Below, piece after piece: positions 9,722 through 17,824 of a DNA stretch of 58,068 nucleotides; positions within the stretch are counted from its first letter, which is position 1, and each line of letters begins with the position of its first letter. The notes under the pieces were generated by a model, which saw only the letters and a program-made list of their open reading frames with translations, made no database searches and was not told the origin of the DNA. Where the stretch lies: IMG/VR virus record IMGVR_UViG_3300033047_000037; one strand, given 5' to 3'. The stretch comes from an uncultured virus (IMG/VR IMGVR_UViG_3300033047_000037) (lineage: Duplodnaviria > Heunggongvirae > Uroviricota > Caudoviricetes). Both the position numbers and the translations under genes were made by a program.

Positions 9722-10222
9722 ATGCCCAGAAAAAACGTCAATCAAATAGCGAATTACGCCAACGGACCAACGAATCCAGGACCAGGTAGGATAACAAGAC
9801 AAAATCCCAGGAAAATTCCAGAAGAGACAAAGAGCTTTAGGAATGTCTTTAAAAAGAGCCCGCTTCAAGAGAGACCATACCTGCCTAATGACGAGTTTGT
9901 TGGTCCATTAGAAATGCTGGAATACTTCCTCTCGGGGAAAATATTTCTCCGCATATGGGTTGAGACAGACGAAAAGCTGTATAGAGACAATGCATGGTTC
10001 ATTCAGGCAAACGAGGAACCTGATTCCGGTAAGAGGCTTTGGCCTGGAGCCATCTGCTTGACCTCTAGTCTCTTAGTAGGTAGAGGATCGAGGCCCGAGT
10101 CCATCCTTGACTCAATCGCCCTTGTGCTAGCCTTGGTGAACTGTGAGGTATACACTCCAACTGGAGAATACGTTGCTGAAGGCTTTTTGAAACGGCAAAA
10201 TTCAAGAGAGGTGATAAAATAG
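9722..10222 (+). CDS. hypothetical protein
   Basis: AAGGA RBS, 166-aa ORF filling the gap. Confidence 0.7.
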   Translation: MPRKNVNQIANYANGPTNPGPGRITRQNPRKIPEETKSFRNVFKKSPLQERPYLPNDEFVGPLEMLEYFLSGKIFLRIWVETDEKLYRDNAWFIQANEEPDSGKRLWPGAICLTSSLLVGRGSRPESILDSIALVLALVNCEVYTPTGEYVAEGFLKRQNSREVIK

Positions 10223-10229
10223 TCGATAC
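10202..10229 (+). promoter_or_regulatory. sigma28-like promoter
   Basis: TCAAG-N15-GTCGATAC, ending 10 nt before the structured RNA/tRNA unit. Confidence 0.5.
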
Positions 10230-10238
10230 AATGGATAC

Positions 10239-10330
10239 GGCGACCCATCCACTTCTCGCGTCGTATCTAATGGGTAGGTCGAACACGCGAGGTTGCACTT
10301 TATTTGCAATATTAAACACGAGGGTCGCCA
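10239..10330 (+). ncRNA. 92-nt structured RNA abutting tRNA-Thr
   Basis: Terminal stem GGCGACCC(10239-46)/GGGUCGCC(10322-29); internal CUCGCG/CGCGAG and UUGCA/UGCAA stems; ends ...GCCA one base before the tRNA. Confidence 0.6.
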
Positions 10331-10403
10331 GCCGCCTTAGCTCAGTTGGTAGAGCATTGGTTTTGTAAACCAAATGTCGTCGGTTCGAGCCCGACAGGTG
10401 GCT
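10331..10403 (+). tRNA. tRNA-Thr (anticodon UGU), CCA not encoded
   Basis: Cloverleaf: GCCGCCT/AGGTGGC acceptor, GCTC/GAGC D arm, TTGGT-TTTGTAA-ACCAA anticodon arm, GTCGG-TTCGAGC-CCGAC T arm. Confidence 0.97.
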
Positions 10404-10417
10404 TTTGGAGATAAAGC

Positions 10418-10675
10418 ATGAGCGATTGGCTAGAAGACAAACACTGTAAAGCTTGTGGTGAGTTAGTCTCAGTCGGCTTTGGCCTTGAATTTGTTAATGG
10501 ACTAGATTGCTGTTATGACTGCTTGAGTGACGAAGTAGAACGCCTTAGAGACGAAGTAGAACGCCTTAGAAAAGATAATCATGAACGATATAAAAACAAA
10601 CTTCTGGGAAAAACCCGATCTTGTTGCAAGAGTTGGCTCTCGACTTTATGGCTGCGCCAACCCAGACTCAGATGA
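10418..10675 (+). CDS. small Zn-finger (CxxC...CxxC) coiled-coil protein
   Basis: GGAG RBS; CKAC and CYDC; DEVERLR encoded twice. Confidence 0.65.
   Translation: MSDWLEDKHCKACGELVSVGFGLEFVNGLDCCYDCLSDEVERLRDEVERLRKDNHERYKNKLLGKTRSCCKSWLSTLWLRQPRLR
10529..10570 (+). repeat. 21-bp in-frame tandem repeat
   Basis: GACGAAGTAGAACGCCTTAGA x2. Confidence 0.95.
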
Positions 10676-10706
10676 TGATCGTAGAGGCTTTGTCAATGAA
10701 GCATGA
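10581..10706 (+). pseudogene. orphan 5' fragment of the nucleotidyltransferase gene 11194..11982
   Basis: MNDIKTNFWEKPDLVARVGSRLYGCANPDSDDDRRGFVNEA*; 33 of the first 38 aa match the N-terminus of 11194, with many synonymous differences. Confidence 0.9.
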
Positions 10707-10721
10707 AAGTTATAGCTAATT

Positions 10722-11186
10722 ATGATAATCACAAAAGACAACTGCCCCATGACGGCGTATGCGACTGAGTATTGTCTTGGTGCAGCGCCAAGCGTCAATG
10801 GAACGCTATGCCCAGAAGGGTATAGGTTCGCCTTCATGGAAAATAAGTGGGAACGAAAATTTCCCAACCAAGTGTATGCTCTGCTTATTCAGGGGACGAG
10901 TAAAGACGAAGACGAGTGGTACTGGGTTATTGATTGCGGCAAATGGTCGTATCCTCAAAGATGGTCGTCCGAAGAAGGTGATTTTGTAGGCGCTAATGAT
11001 AAGAAATCATTCGACACGTTTGAATACGCTGAAGAAGCGATAAAATGTTGGAGTGACAATTTCGTTGCCTGCTACGAAAAACGAAGCAAGGAATTTGATC
11101 ATCGACAAATCATTGGTGTGACCAAAACGGGAACTATTGGAGTTATTCCGAATCCAGATTATGTCGCACTAGAGACATCAGAATGA
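10722..11186 (+). CDS. hypothetical protein lying between the two nucleotidyltransferase 5' ends
   Basis: 154-aa Trp/Cys-rich ORF; no family recognised. Confidence 0.65.
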   Translation: MIITKDNCPMTAYATEYCLGAAPSVNGTLCPEGYRFAFMENKWERKFPNQVYALLIQGTSKDEDEWYWVIDCGKWSYPQRWSSEEGDFVGANDKKSFDTFEYAEEAIKCWSDNFVACYEKRSKEFDHRQIIGVTKTGTIGVIPNPDYVALETSE

Positions 11187-11193
11187 GAAAATT

Positions 11194-11982
11194 ATGAAAG
11201 ACGAAGAAACAAAATTCTGGGAGTCTCCTGACCTTGTAGCGCGAGTTGGCTCTCGCCTTTATGGTTGTGCAAATCCTGACTCAGACGATGATCGTCGAGG
11301 CTTTGTCGTAGAACCTGCCCCATACCTATTGGGGCGGAAAAAGTTCGAGTTGTTCGAGGATAAAGAATCTGATTTCGTTATCTGGAGCGTGCAGAAGTTT
11401 TTCCATGGACTAACCAGGGGTTCTCCCAACGTTTTTGAGATCCTCTTCGTACCCGAAGACCAAATCATCGAAGCAACTGAACTGGGTCGTGAAGTTTTGC
11501 GGCGCAGGGAAGTCTTTCTTTGCATGGGCTCAATTATTCCTATCCATGGCTTTGCTCAGTCTGAATGGCTCAAGGCACAACTCAAGACCAAGAACAAAGA
11601 GACAGGTGATGTTTACCATAGCGCAAGGGTTGTAGGAGCAAAGAGAAAGGCTTCTCACGCAGAGTTCGGTTTTAGCGTCAAGAATGCTTACCATTCTATC
11701 CGTCTGCTTCACCAGGGGTTAGAACTGGCCTCTAAGGGAAATATTACCTATCCCCGTCCAGAGGCAGAGCTATTGCGGTCTATTCGTAATGGCAAGGTAT
11801 CTTTTGGAGAGATCGAAGAGCTATACGAAGATCTGGACGCTCAGTTGTCTAAAGTAATCGAACAGGCACCTTTGCGAAGATTCCCTGACAGAGAGGGAAT
11901 CGACCAACTTTATTATGACATTACTGGACAAACAATTTCTAACTTCTTAGGGGCTCGAAATGCGCATACTATTTCTAGATGA
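11194..11982 (+). CDS. DNA pol-beta superfamily nucleotidyltransferase (RlaP/YcgL-like)
   Basis: GSRLYG..NPDSDDDRRG signature, GSPNVFEILF, KNAYHSIRLL, LLRSIRNG. Confidence 0.85.
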   Translation: MKDEETKFWESPDLVARVGSRLYGCANPDSDDDRRGFVVEPAPYLLGRKKFELFEDKESDFVIWSVQKFFHGLTRGSPNVFEILFVPEDQIIEATELGREVLRRREVFLCMGSIIPIHGFAQSEWLKAQLKTKNKETGDVYHSARVVGAKRKASHAEFGFSVKNAYHSIRLLHQGLELASKGNITYPRPEAELLRSIRNGKVSFGEIEELYEDLDAQLSKVIEQAPLRRFPDREGIDQLYYDITGQTISNFLGARNAHTISR

Positions 11983-12358
11983 CAACAAAGAGAGACATAG
12001 AATATTTAAGCAGAAGTCTATCGGCTACACCGTTGATACTGTGTGGACCGCGCAAGAGGCCATTGAAAAACTGCTCGATGAAGAAATCGAATATGATCTC
12101 ATCATGCTCGACCATGACCTTGATGCCGAGACAGAGAACCAGTTAAATGACAAAGAAGAAGATGGCCGCTTTGTTGTAAAGAAGCTGGCTGAATCAGGAC
12201 GACACAAAGATGCTAGCATTGTAATTCACTCTCTCAATAGTGCAGGTCGTAAAAATATGAAATCAGTCCTAGATCAAGCGGGTTACAAATGGGTTCACGA
12301 TTTACCGTTTGCGTGGGAGAAGTTTGAAAAAGTAGAGAGTGGGTGTCGATTTAGATGA
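11960..12358 (+). CDS. stand-alone receiver domain (cyclic-phosphate-processing REC-like)
   Basis: MRILFLDD...R, LIMLDHDL, DG..V, IVIHSLNSAGRKNM. Confidence 0.8.
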   Translation: MRILFLDDNKERHRIFKQKSIGYTVDTVWTAQEAIEKLLDEEIEYDLIMLDHDLDAETENQLNDKEEDGRFVVKKLAESGRHKDASIVIHSLNSAGRKNMKSVLDQAGYKWVHDLPFAWEKFEKVESGCRFR

Positions 12359-13254
12359 AAATAAAATCTCTAGAACTTGAGTTCTTTACTGGCTTTGAAT
12401 CAGCGAAATTTGATTTCTATAGATCAAATGGTTCCAGAAAGCCTATCTGTGCATTTTATGGTCCCAACGGCTGTGGAAAATCCACGGCCCTTGAAGCTAT
12501 TCGCATGCTTGGCAATATCCTTATGTATAGCGAAAGAGCAAATGATCTCTTACTTCGCAAGCTCATATATCATCCCAACTACGACCCGACATTGCCTCAC
12601 TTTATGACTTCAGACAATGACATGAGAATGGCTGCTACATTCGTAGATGACGAGGGTAACGAACTTAGAAATGAGATTACATCAAAAGGTGTTACTGAGG
12701 ATGGAGAATTTGATGGGATTCTATCAATGGAAGCCCCTGATATGTATAGCTCCTATTTCGTCGATGCCGATAACCAAATCAATACTCAAAAGTTTCAACT
12801 ACCTGACATAAACAAAGATATATTTCTAGATATGGCTCGAATTGTTTATGGCTATGAGCCTTCTCTTGGTAAAGAAATTTGGACAATCGAAGGAGACGTT
12901 AAGGTTCTCTATTGGCAAGACCTTGTTATCAAAAAAGGCAAGACACTGGTTCATTACAAATCAATGTCTGCTGGCGAGAAGAAAGTAGCCACTCTTCTTC
13001 GGAGTATTTGCAACCCTTACTCGACAAGAGATAGTAAAGTCTTGTTGGTTGACAATATTGAGATGCATGTTTATTTTGAACGGCACGGAAAAATGCTTGA
13101 CATAATACTTGACTCTTTTCCTGATACTCAGTTTGTAATTACGACGCACTCAGGTGATATGCTTCGGCATATCGCAGCCAAATATGGAAAGGATTGCTTG
13201 TTCAATGTTCCCGACATAAAGGGCGAACCGATGAACGACATATCCATAATTTGA
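12355..13254 (+). CDS. ABC/AAA_21-type ATPase
   Basis: YGPNGCGKST Walker A, MSAGEKK signature, LLVDNIE Walker B, ITTHS H-loop. Confidence 0.85.
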   Translation: MKIKSLELEFFTGFESAKFDFYRSNGSRKPICAFYGPNGCGKSTALEAIRMLGNILMYSERANDLLLRKLIYHPNYDPTLPHFMTSDNDMRMAATFVDDEGNELRNEITSKGVTEDGEFDGILSMEAPDMYSSYFVDADNQINTQKFQLPDINKDIFLDMARIVYGYEPSLGKEIWTIEGDVKVLYWQDLVIKKGKTLVHYKSMSAGEKKVATLLRSICNPYSTRDSKVLLVDNIEMHVYFERHGKMLDIILDSFPDTQFVITTHSGDMLRHIAAKYGKDCLFNVPDIKGEPMNDISII

Positions 13255-13266
13255 GGAACTTATTTC

Positions 13267-13860
13267 ATGTCTAAAGATGAAGATCCAAGAGACAAGACTA
13301 TTAGGGATGGCATTGAACAGCTTATCTCTTCCTTTCAATATTTCTTTCGGGGTTCAGATGAGATCTCTATTTCTGCTAGGCCCGAATCTGATTCCAATCC
13401 TGATATATGGGTTATTCTTTTAGAAAGAGAATCCAAAGACAAACCGCTTAGCATGTTGGTCTTTTTTGATTTTGATGAGAAAAAGGCTAAGGCCATTTGC
13501 TACCAGCTTGGATTGTTTCTTGTGGCTTTCGGTTATGAAATAATCGTTGATGACAAAGTTCTAGACCCGTCTGGAAAAGACGAAGAAACAATCGAGAAAA
13601 TACATAACTTCTTCTCTACCTACAATTCTCTTAGTACAGACTTTGGGATAAAAAGCGAGAAAGAAGCAATCCTTGTAGCAACATCAGAAGATGATAGCGT
13701 TTCGCTACTGTCCTTGCCATCAGACAACAAGACGAATCTTATGCTTCTAGAAAAGTGTATTAGCCTGTTTTTGGCGAGCAAAGATAATACAATAACCTTA
13801 GCCGAAAAAACCACTCTCAACATTTATGGCTGCGCTTCTTATTCAGAAAGCCCAGAATGA
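13267..13860 (+). CDS. hypothetical protein
   Basis: GAGGA RBS, 197 aa, ATGA overlap with the next gene. Confidence 0.75.
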   Translation: MSKDEDPRDKTIRDGIEQLISSFQYFFRGSDEISISARPESDSNPDIWVILLERESKDKPLSMLVFFDFDEKKAKAICYQLGLFLVAFGYEIIVDDKVLDPSGKDEETIEKIHNFFSTYNSLSTDFGIKSEKEAILVATSEDDSVSLLSLPSDNKTNLMLLEKCISLFLASKDNTITLAEKTTLNIYGCASYSESPE

Positions 13861-14651
13861 GACTTGGGTTCATAACAGGCTCAGTAAGAACTGGAACCAC
13901 TTTATTATCTAGAATAGTGGGCGACCATCCTGATATAATCGGTTACAGAGAAATGATGCTCGCACGGCTTGTTAATGCAAGCGAAGTAAATCGCCATGTT
14001 AGGAACGCTGGTTTTGCTGGATTTTCTGACGACGAGATAAGACTGCTCGGATCGAATATACAATTATTTGATTATGACTCTATTGAAAGATGGCTACTCG
14101 CTGCCGCTCCTATGTCTGAAAAGAAATGGGGCAAGAAGGCGAGCGTCGTTGTCGAAAAAGATCCTGGGTTCTTTCTTGATTCAAGAATCATACCTTGGGC
14201 TATGCGATTCCCCTTAATTCATACAGTGCGTCATCCTTATGGCCTATTGGATAATAGCAAAAGCCCAGAAGAAGACGACCGCCTGCGGGACTGGCGAAAA
14301 AGATCGCTATTTGAGGCGGTTCAAGTATTCAACAATATTGAACCCTATATAAATCATGACAATCTTCTTATTATAAGATACGAAGACCTTGTTACCGATT
14401 GCGACAATACGATGAGAAAGATTTTTACCCATCTAGGTCTTCGTTATAGCGATTCGTACAAAGAAGAGCATAATAGTGACGATAGACAGTATGGTAAAGC
14501 CTCTAAGCCCAAGGCGCTTGAGACAGTTGACCCATATCGAGCTTGGTCATGGCTTTCTCGTCCAGACACCTTGGCCGTATCAGAAGTTGCTGAACATATC
14601 GGGATGAAGAAGATAAACGAATATGCCGAACGATTTAGTTACACAATTTGA
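13857..14651 (+). CDS. sulfotransferase family protein
   Basis: FITGSVRTGTTLL PAPS-binding loop, EKDP, VRHP, IRYEDLV. Confidence 0.85.
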   Translation: MRLGFITGSVRTGTTLLSRIVGDHPDIIGYREMMLARLVNASEVNRHVRNAGFAGFSDDEIRLLGSNIQLFDYDSIERWLLAAAPMSEKKWGKKASVVVEKDPGFFLDSRIIPWAMRFPLIHTVRHPYGLLDNSKSPEEDDRLRDWRKRSLFEAVQVFNNIEPYINHDNLLIIRYEDLVTDCDNTMRKIFTHLGLRYSDSYKEEHNSDDRQYGKASKPKALETVDPYRAWSWLSRPDTLAVSEVAEHIGMKKINEYAERFSYTI

Positions 14652-15060
14652 GCTACAAAAATATAAGAATGCTCTTTGGGTTTCTTGTGTAAATATATTG
14701 TCCTCTAGCAAGGACAAGGACTGGGTAAATCGCATTGACTACAAGTATACTCAAACGTTTTTCCCTATTCCTGACCATACCCTTTTTGTATGTCATACAA
14801 GCAAGGATGGTACGCTTGAGACATTTACAACGGACGAAATAGTCGAGTTACCTGAAAATCTATTTACCATACAGTTGCAACAGCAATCATACAGCAATGC
14901 TGGCGCTGAGAGAACAATAAAGAGGGTTGTTGCTTCTTTTTTCAAACTATATGGAATCATGAAGGTAGATCTTCATATAGTAAAAAGGCCCATTAAGTCA
15001 CAGGGAGACGTTTTATTATCAGTGGCGGTAATCAATCAAGAGATAAAGGTAAAGACTTGA
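14623..15060 (+). CDS. hypothetical protein
   Basis: 145-aa ORF tightly packed in the operon. Confidence 0.65.
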   Translation: MPNDLVTQFELQKYKNALWVSCVNILSSSKDKDWVNRIDYKYTQTFFPIPDHTLFVCHTSKDGTLETFTTDEIVELPENLFTIQLQQQSYSNAGAERTIKRVVASFFKLYGIMKVDLHIVKRPIKSQGDVLLSVAVINQEIKVKT

Positions 15061-15482
15061 GTCTGTCCAATCGCAATGCTGCTGCCCGAAAAGAGCTAGA
15101 CCAACAGCGGGAGTGGCTATCTGTTTTGCGGTACATTCGCTTATGGACTGAGCCTAAGTCCGACCATATCTCTGCGCCTGTTGAAAAATTCAAAAGCATA
15201 AAACTATCTGCTGTTGGCCCTGTTCTTGTTGTTACAGGAATAAGTCCCTATACATACTCTATATCAGAAAACAATAACGAGATTCAGTATCCCTATATGA
15301 TTGGGGTATTGTCTTTTTCTTCCAGGAACGAACTAACGCAATGCGTCAACCAGACTGTCGATACCTTTCGCAGCCAAACATCAATACTAGATGTACGGGT
15401 TGAATCTCAGATTAGCGTTCATGACGGAGGAGAGACAAGATGCATAATGATAGCCTATGGGTTGCCTTTCCGGACGAATTGA
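15057..15482 (+). CDS. hypothetical protein
   Basis: TTG start overlapping the upstream stop (TTGA), AAGG upstream. Confidence 0.6.
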   Translation: MSLSNRNAAARKELDQQREWLSVLRYIRLWTEPKSDHISAPVEKFKSIKLSAVGPVLVVTGISPYTYSISENNNEIQYPYMIGVLSFSSRNELTQCVNQTVDTFRSQTSILDVRVESQISVHDGGETRCIMIAYGLPFRTN

Positions 15483-15497
15483 GCTAGAAACTAAATC

Positions 15498-16209
15498 ATG
15501 ATTGATACTTGTAATACCGAGCGAATAGCATCATTCAAATCTAAGTTTCATACTGTATTGAATAGGGTTCTAACCGAAAACGATCAGTCGGTGGAGGATA
15601 ATGACCCTACCAGTAGGGTGCTTTTCTATTACAAAAGCCCAGTACACGACAAGACTCTTCGAAGCTATCATGATATAGATCATGTCCTTGACTGTATTTA
15701 TATACTAGATAATATTTCCGAACAACTAGACATATCTATTCCTGAATATGATAGTCTCTTTTTATCCCTAGTCTATCATGATGCTATTTATCTTGTAGAT
15801 CCTTCCAGCAAGAGCGCAGGATCAAATGAGAAACTCTCTGCCGAGCTTGCGAAAGCAGAGCTAAGATGTCTTGGGTTGGCTAAGGGCTTCGTTCAAGAAG
15901 TATATGATCTCATTTTGGCTACTGACCATTCAAAAGAAATTGACAACCCAAGTAAGCTGGAGCAAATCATTAGAGATATAGATCTCGCAGGTCTTGCAAG
16001 GGTCTGGGAAGAATTCGACAAGGCTTCAATTGCCGTCCGCCAGGAATTTGGTTGCATAGATGAGGATAGTTACAGAGTGGGTCGCATCGCCTTTATGAGC
16101 AAGCTCCTCGATAGAGATTACATTTACATGAATACTCTTCTCCGTAAAAAAATGGGAGAGTAATGCTCGAATAAGCCTCTCCAGGCACCTATTACAGCTA
16201 AAAAGCTAA
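15498..16209 (+). CDS. HD-domain phosphohydrolase with an apparent frameshift near the C-terminus
   Basis: RSYHDIDH, YHDAIY, NEKLSA, ILATDH, DIDLAGL. As given it stops at 16163; removing one A from A7 (16146-16152) gives ...RKKWESNARISLSRHLLQLKS* ending at 16209. Confidence 0.8.
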
Positions 16210-16590
16210 AGTCAATAACTTATAATAACTTTATAACTTATTATATGCCATTTTTAGGCTTATTTCGGCCCATATCCCGCAATTCTCGTATAAACCGAAC
16301 CTATATATTGTGCTTTTTGTCTTCTAATACTACATATAGTGGTGTGTAGTGCTGAGTAGTCGAGAATTAGGTCTAATAGTATACGCTAATATACTACTAA
16401 CTTAGCTAACTTAGCTATAAATGGAATTATCGACTATTTATACTATCAAAAGCCTTATCTAGCTATATTTTCACTGTCTTCACCTGTAGACAGTCGAGAA
16501 TTACCCTACTATTTCGAGAATTGAATCGAGAATTCGACGTTTCTTGTCCTGAGTGGCTTATTATAAAGTTATTATTATAATAAAATACTG
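16210..16590. repeat. AT-rich non-coding region with iteron-like repeats (candidate origin or terminal locus)
   Basis: TCGAGAATT at 16360, 16494, 16514 and 16526; inverted AATTCTCG at 16281; ATAACTT x3 at about 16215-16240; CTAACTTAG x2 at 16397-16414. Confidence 0.6.
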
Positions 16591-16593
16591 AAC

Positions 16594-16815
16594 TTATGCC
16601 AATAGGTCATCAAAGTCATCTGGGTCTGGTTCCGGAGGGACTTCATCAGGATTCATAAACGAGCATGTATCAGAGCGTATTTTTGCAAAGGTAGTAAGAT
16701 TGCGCCAAGCTCTGTGCTTTCGATTGAAGTCAGACCAAAATCCTGTAGCGTCTGTTTTTGTTTGAAGCTCTGCAACCAAGTCTTCTCTAGTTACGTTTTC
16801 TTCTTCTACGGCCAT
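16594..16815 (-). CDS. hypothetical protein
   Basis: AAAGGA RBS on the minus strand, 73 aa, acidic tail. Confidence 0.7.
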   Translation of the reverse strand: MAVEEENVTREDLVAELQTKTDATGFWSDFNRKHRAWRNLTTFAKIRSDTCSFMNPDEVPPEPDPDDFDDLLA

Positions 16816-16861
16816 ATGCAGTCCTTTCTTTATTTGGGTATTGTTAGAGTTCCATTTACAA

Positions 16862-17480
16862 GCAGTAACCTCCTTGTTGAGTGAAAGCGCAACAGTAAGT
16901 TATTGTTGTACCGATGCGATCGATACATAGACTAGGAATACCTATGCTCAGGTTCCCCTTAGTCGCGCAATGAATGAGAACCGGAAGGTTACAAAATAGT
17001 GTGTTATCGAACTAAACTGGACCGTACTGTTGTAACGTCATACAGCCAATTAGCTCCGTCACAGAGGCATTCTTTGTCTCTACATACAGAGCGGTGCAAC
17101 GCGCAGTGAGCATTTGTCTTCGCGTTGTTTCTTCGTCTACTATCGTGGACTAGCTATTTGTTGGCTTCTGGCGACTTTTCACTAACAAATATGCGAACAA
17201 GAACGGTGACTGGCTGAAAGCTGAGTGAACCCGACCTTAAAAAAATCAATCTCAGCAACGTTGGTATTACAACGGAGCGGCGTCTGAAAGCTTCTATAGC
17301 TTTCTGTGACGCTGAAGAGTCGTCCTGTGTCAACTCTGAATCAAAAAACAAAACAAAAAGTAATCTCTCCCTCTCATTCCAAACGACTCCGACGTAGTTG
17401 GAGGCGGTTCGAGCGACGAAGTAAGCGAGACATGAAGGCCATATCAGTTCCTATGAGCAATTGCCTTACGCGTGCGCGCA
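16862..17480 (+). ncRNA. putative large structured non-coding RNA (ends approximate)
   Basis: At least 10 stems with plus-strand G-U pairs and GAAA loops, e.g. UGUUG.GU-GAAA-GC.CAACA (16875-94), AGAGGCA/UGUCUCU (17063-81), GCAACGCG/CGCGUUGU (17096-128), UAUUUGUUGG/CUAACAAAUA (17155-91), GCUGAG/CUCAGC (17220-56), CUCCGAC/GUUGGAG (17387-403); no credible ORF. Confidence 0.65.
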
Positions 17481-17554
17481 GGAAAAGAAAACAAGGACAA
17501 ATAGATATATTTCCAGTAATCGATCAGGTCGATAACAATATAAAGGAGATATCT

Positions 17555-17749
17555 ATGGAAGATAAGTTTGATAAACAATATGGTATAGATCCACAGGCAC
17601 ATATCCTTGGACAACACAGAAATATACCAGAAACAATAGATTGGTCAAAGCTGGTAGAAAGAGGCACAGAGAAATCTGACCCGAATAAGCCAAAAAGTTC
17701 TCTCTGGGGTTTTGCAACAGAATCGAACAAAGGCCAACAAAAGGGCTGA
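17555..17749 (+). CDS. hypothetical protein (64 aa)
   Basis: AAGGAG RBS before ATG 17555 and GTCGATAA box upstream; the track's start at 17306 lies inside the structured region. Confidence 0.75.
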   Translation: MEDKFDKQYGIDPQAHILGQHRNIPETIDWSKLVERGTEKSDPNKPKSSLWGFATESNKGQQKG

Positions 17750-17824
17750 AACCTCATTCACATGCGATAAACCTTTGTCATCAAGAAACAGGTGAACAAC
17801 CATTCTGATAGACTGAGGATATCC

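Noticed and set aside
16883..17210. RNase P RNA (GAAAGCGCAACAG and GGTGCAA look like conserved regions)
   Set aside because: No GAGGAAAGUCC 5' element or matching 3' P4 strand was found in the right order; left as an unidentified RNA pending cmscan.
17154..17554. ORF 17154..17351 (minus) and the 5' part of 17306..17749
   Set aside because: No RBS, odd composition, and both lie in the stem-rich region; the real start is 17555.
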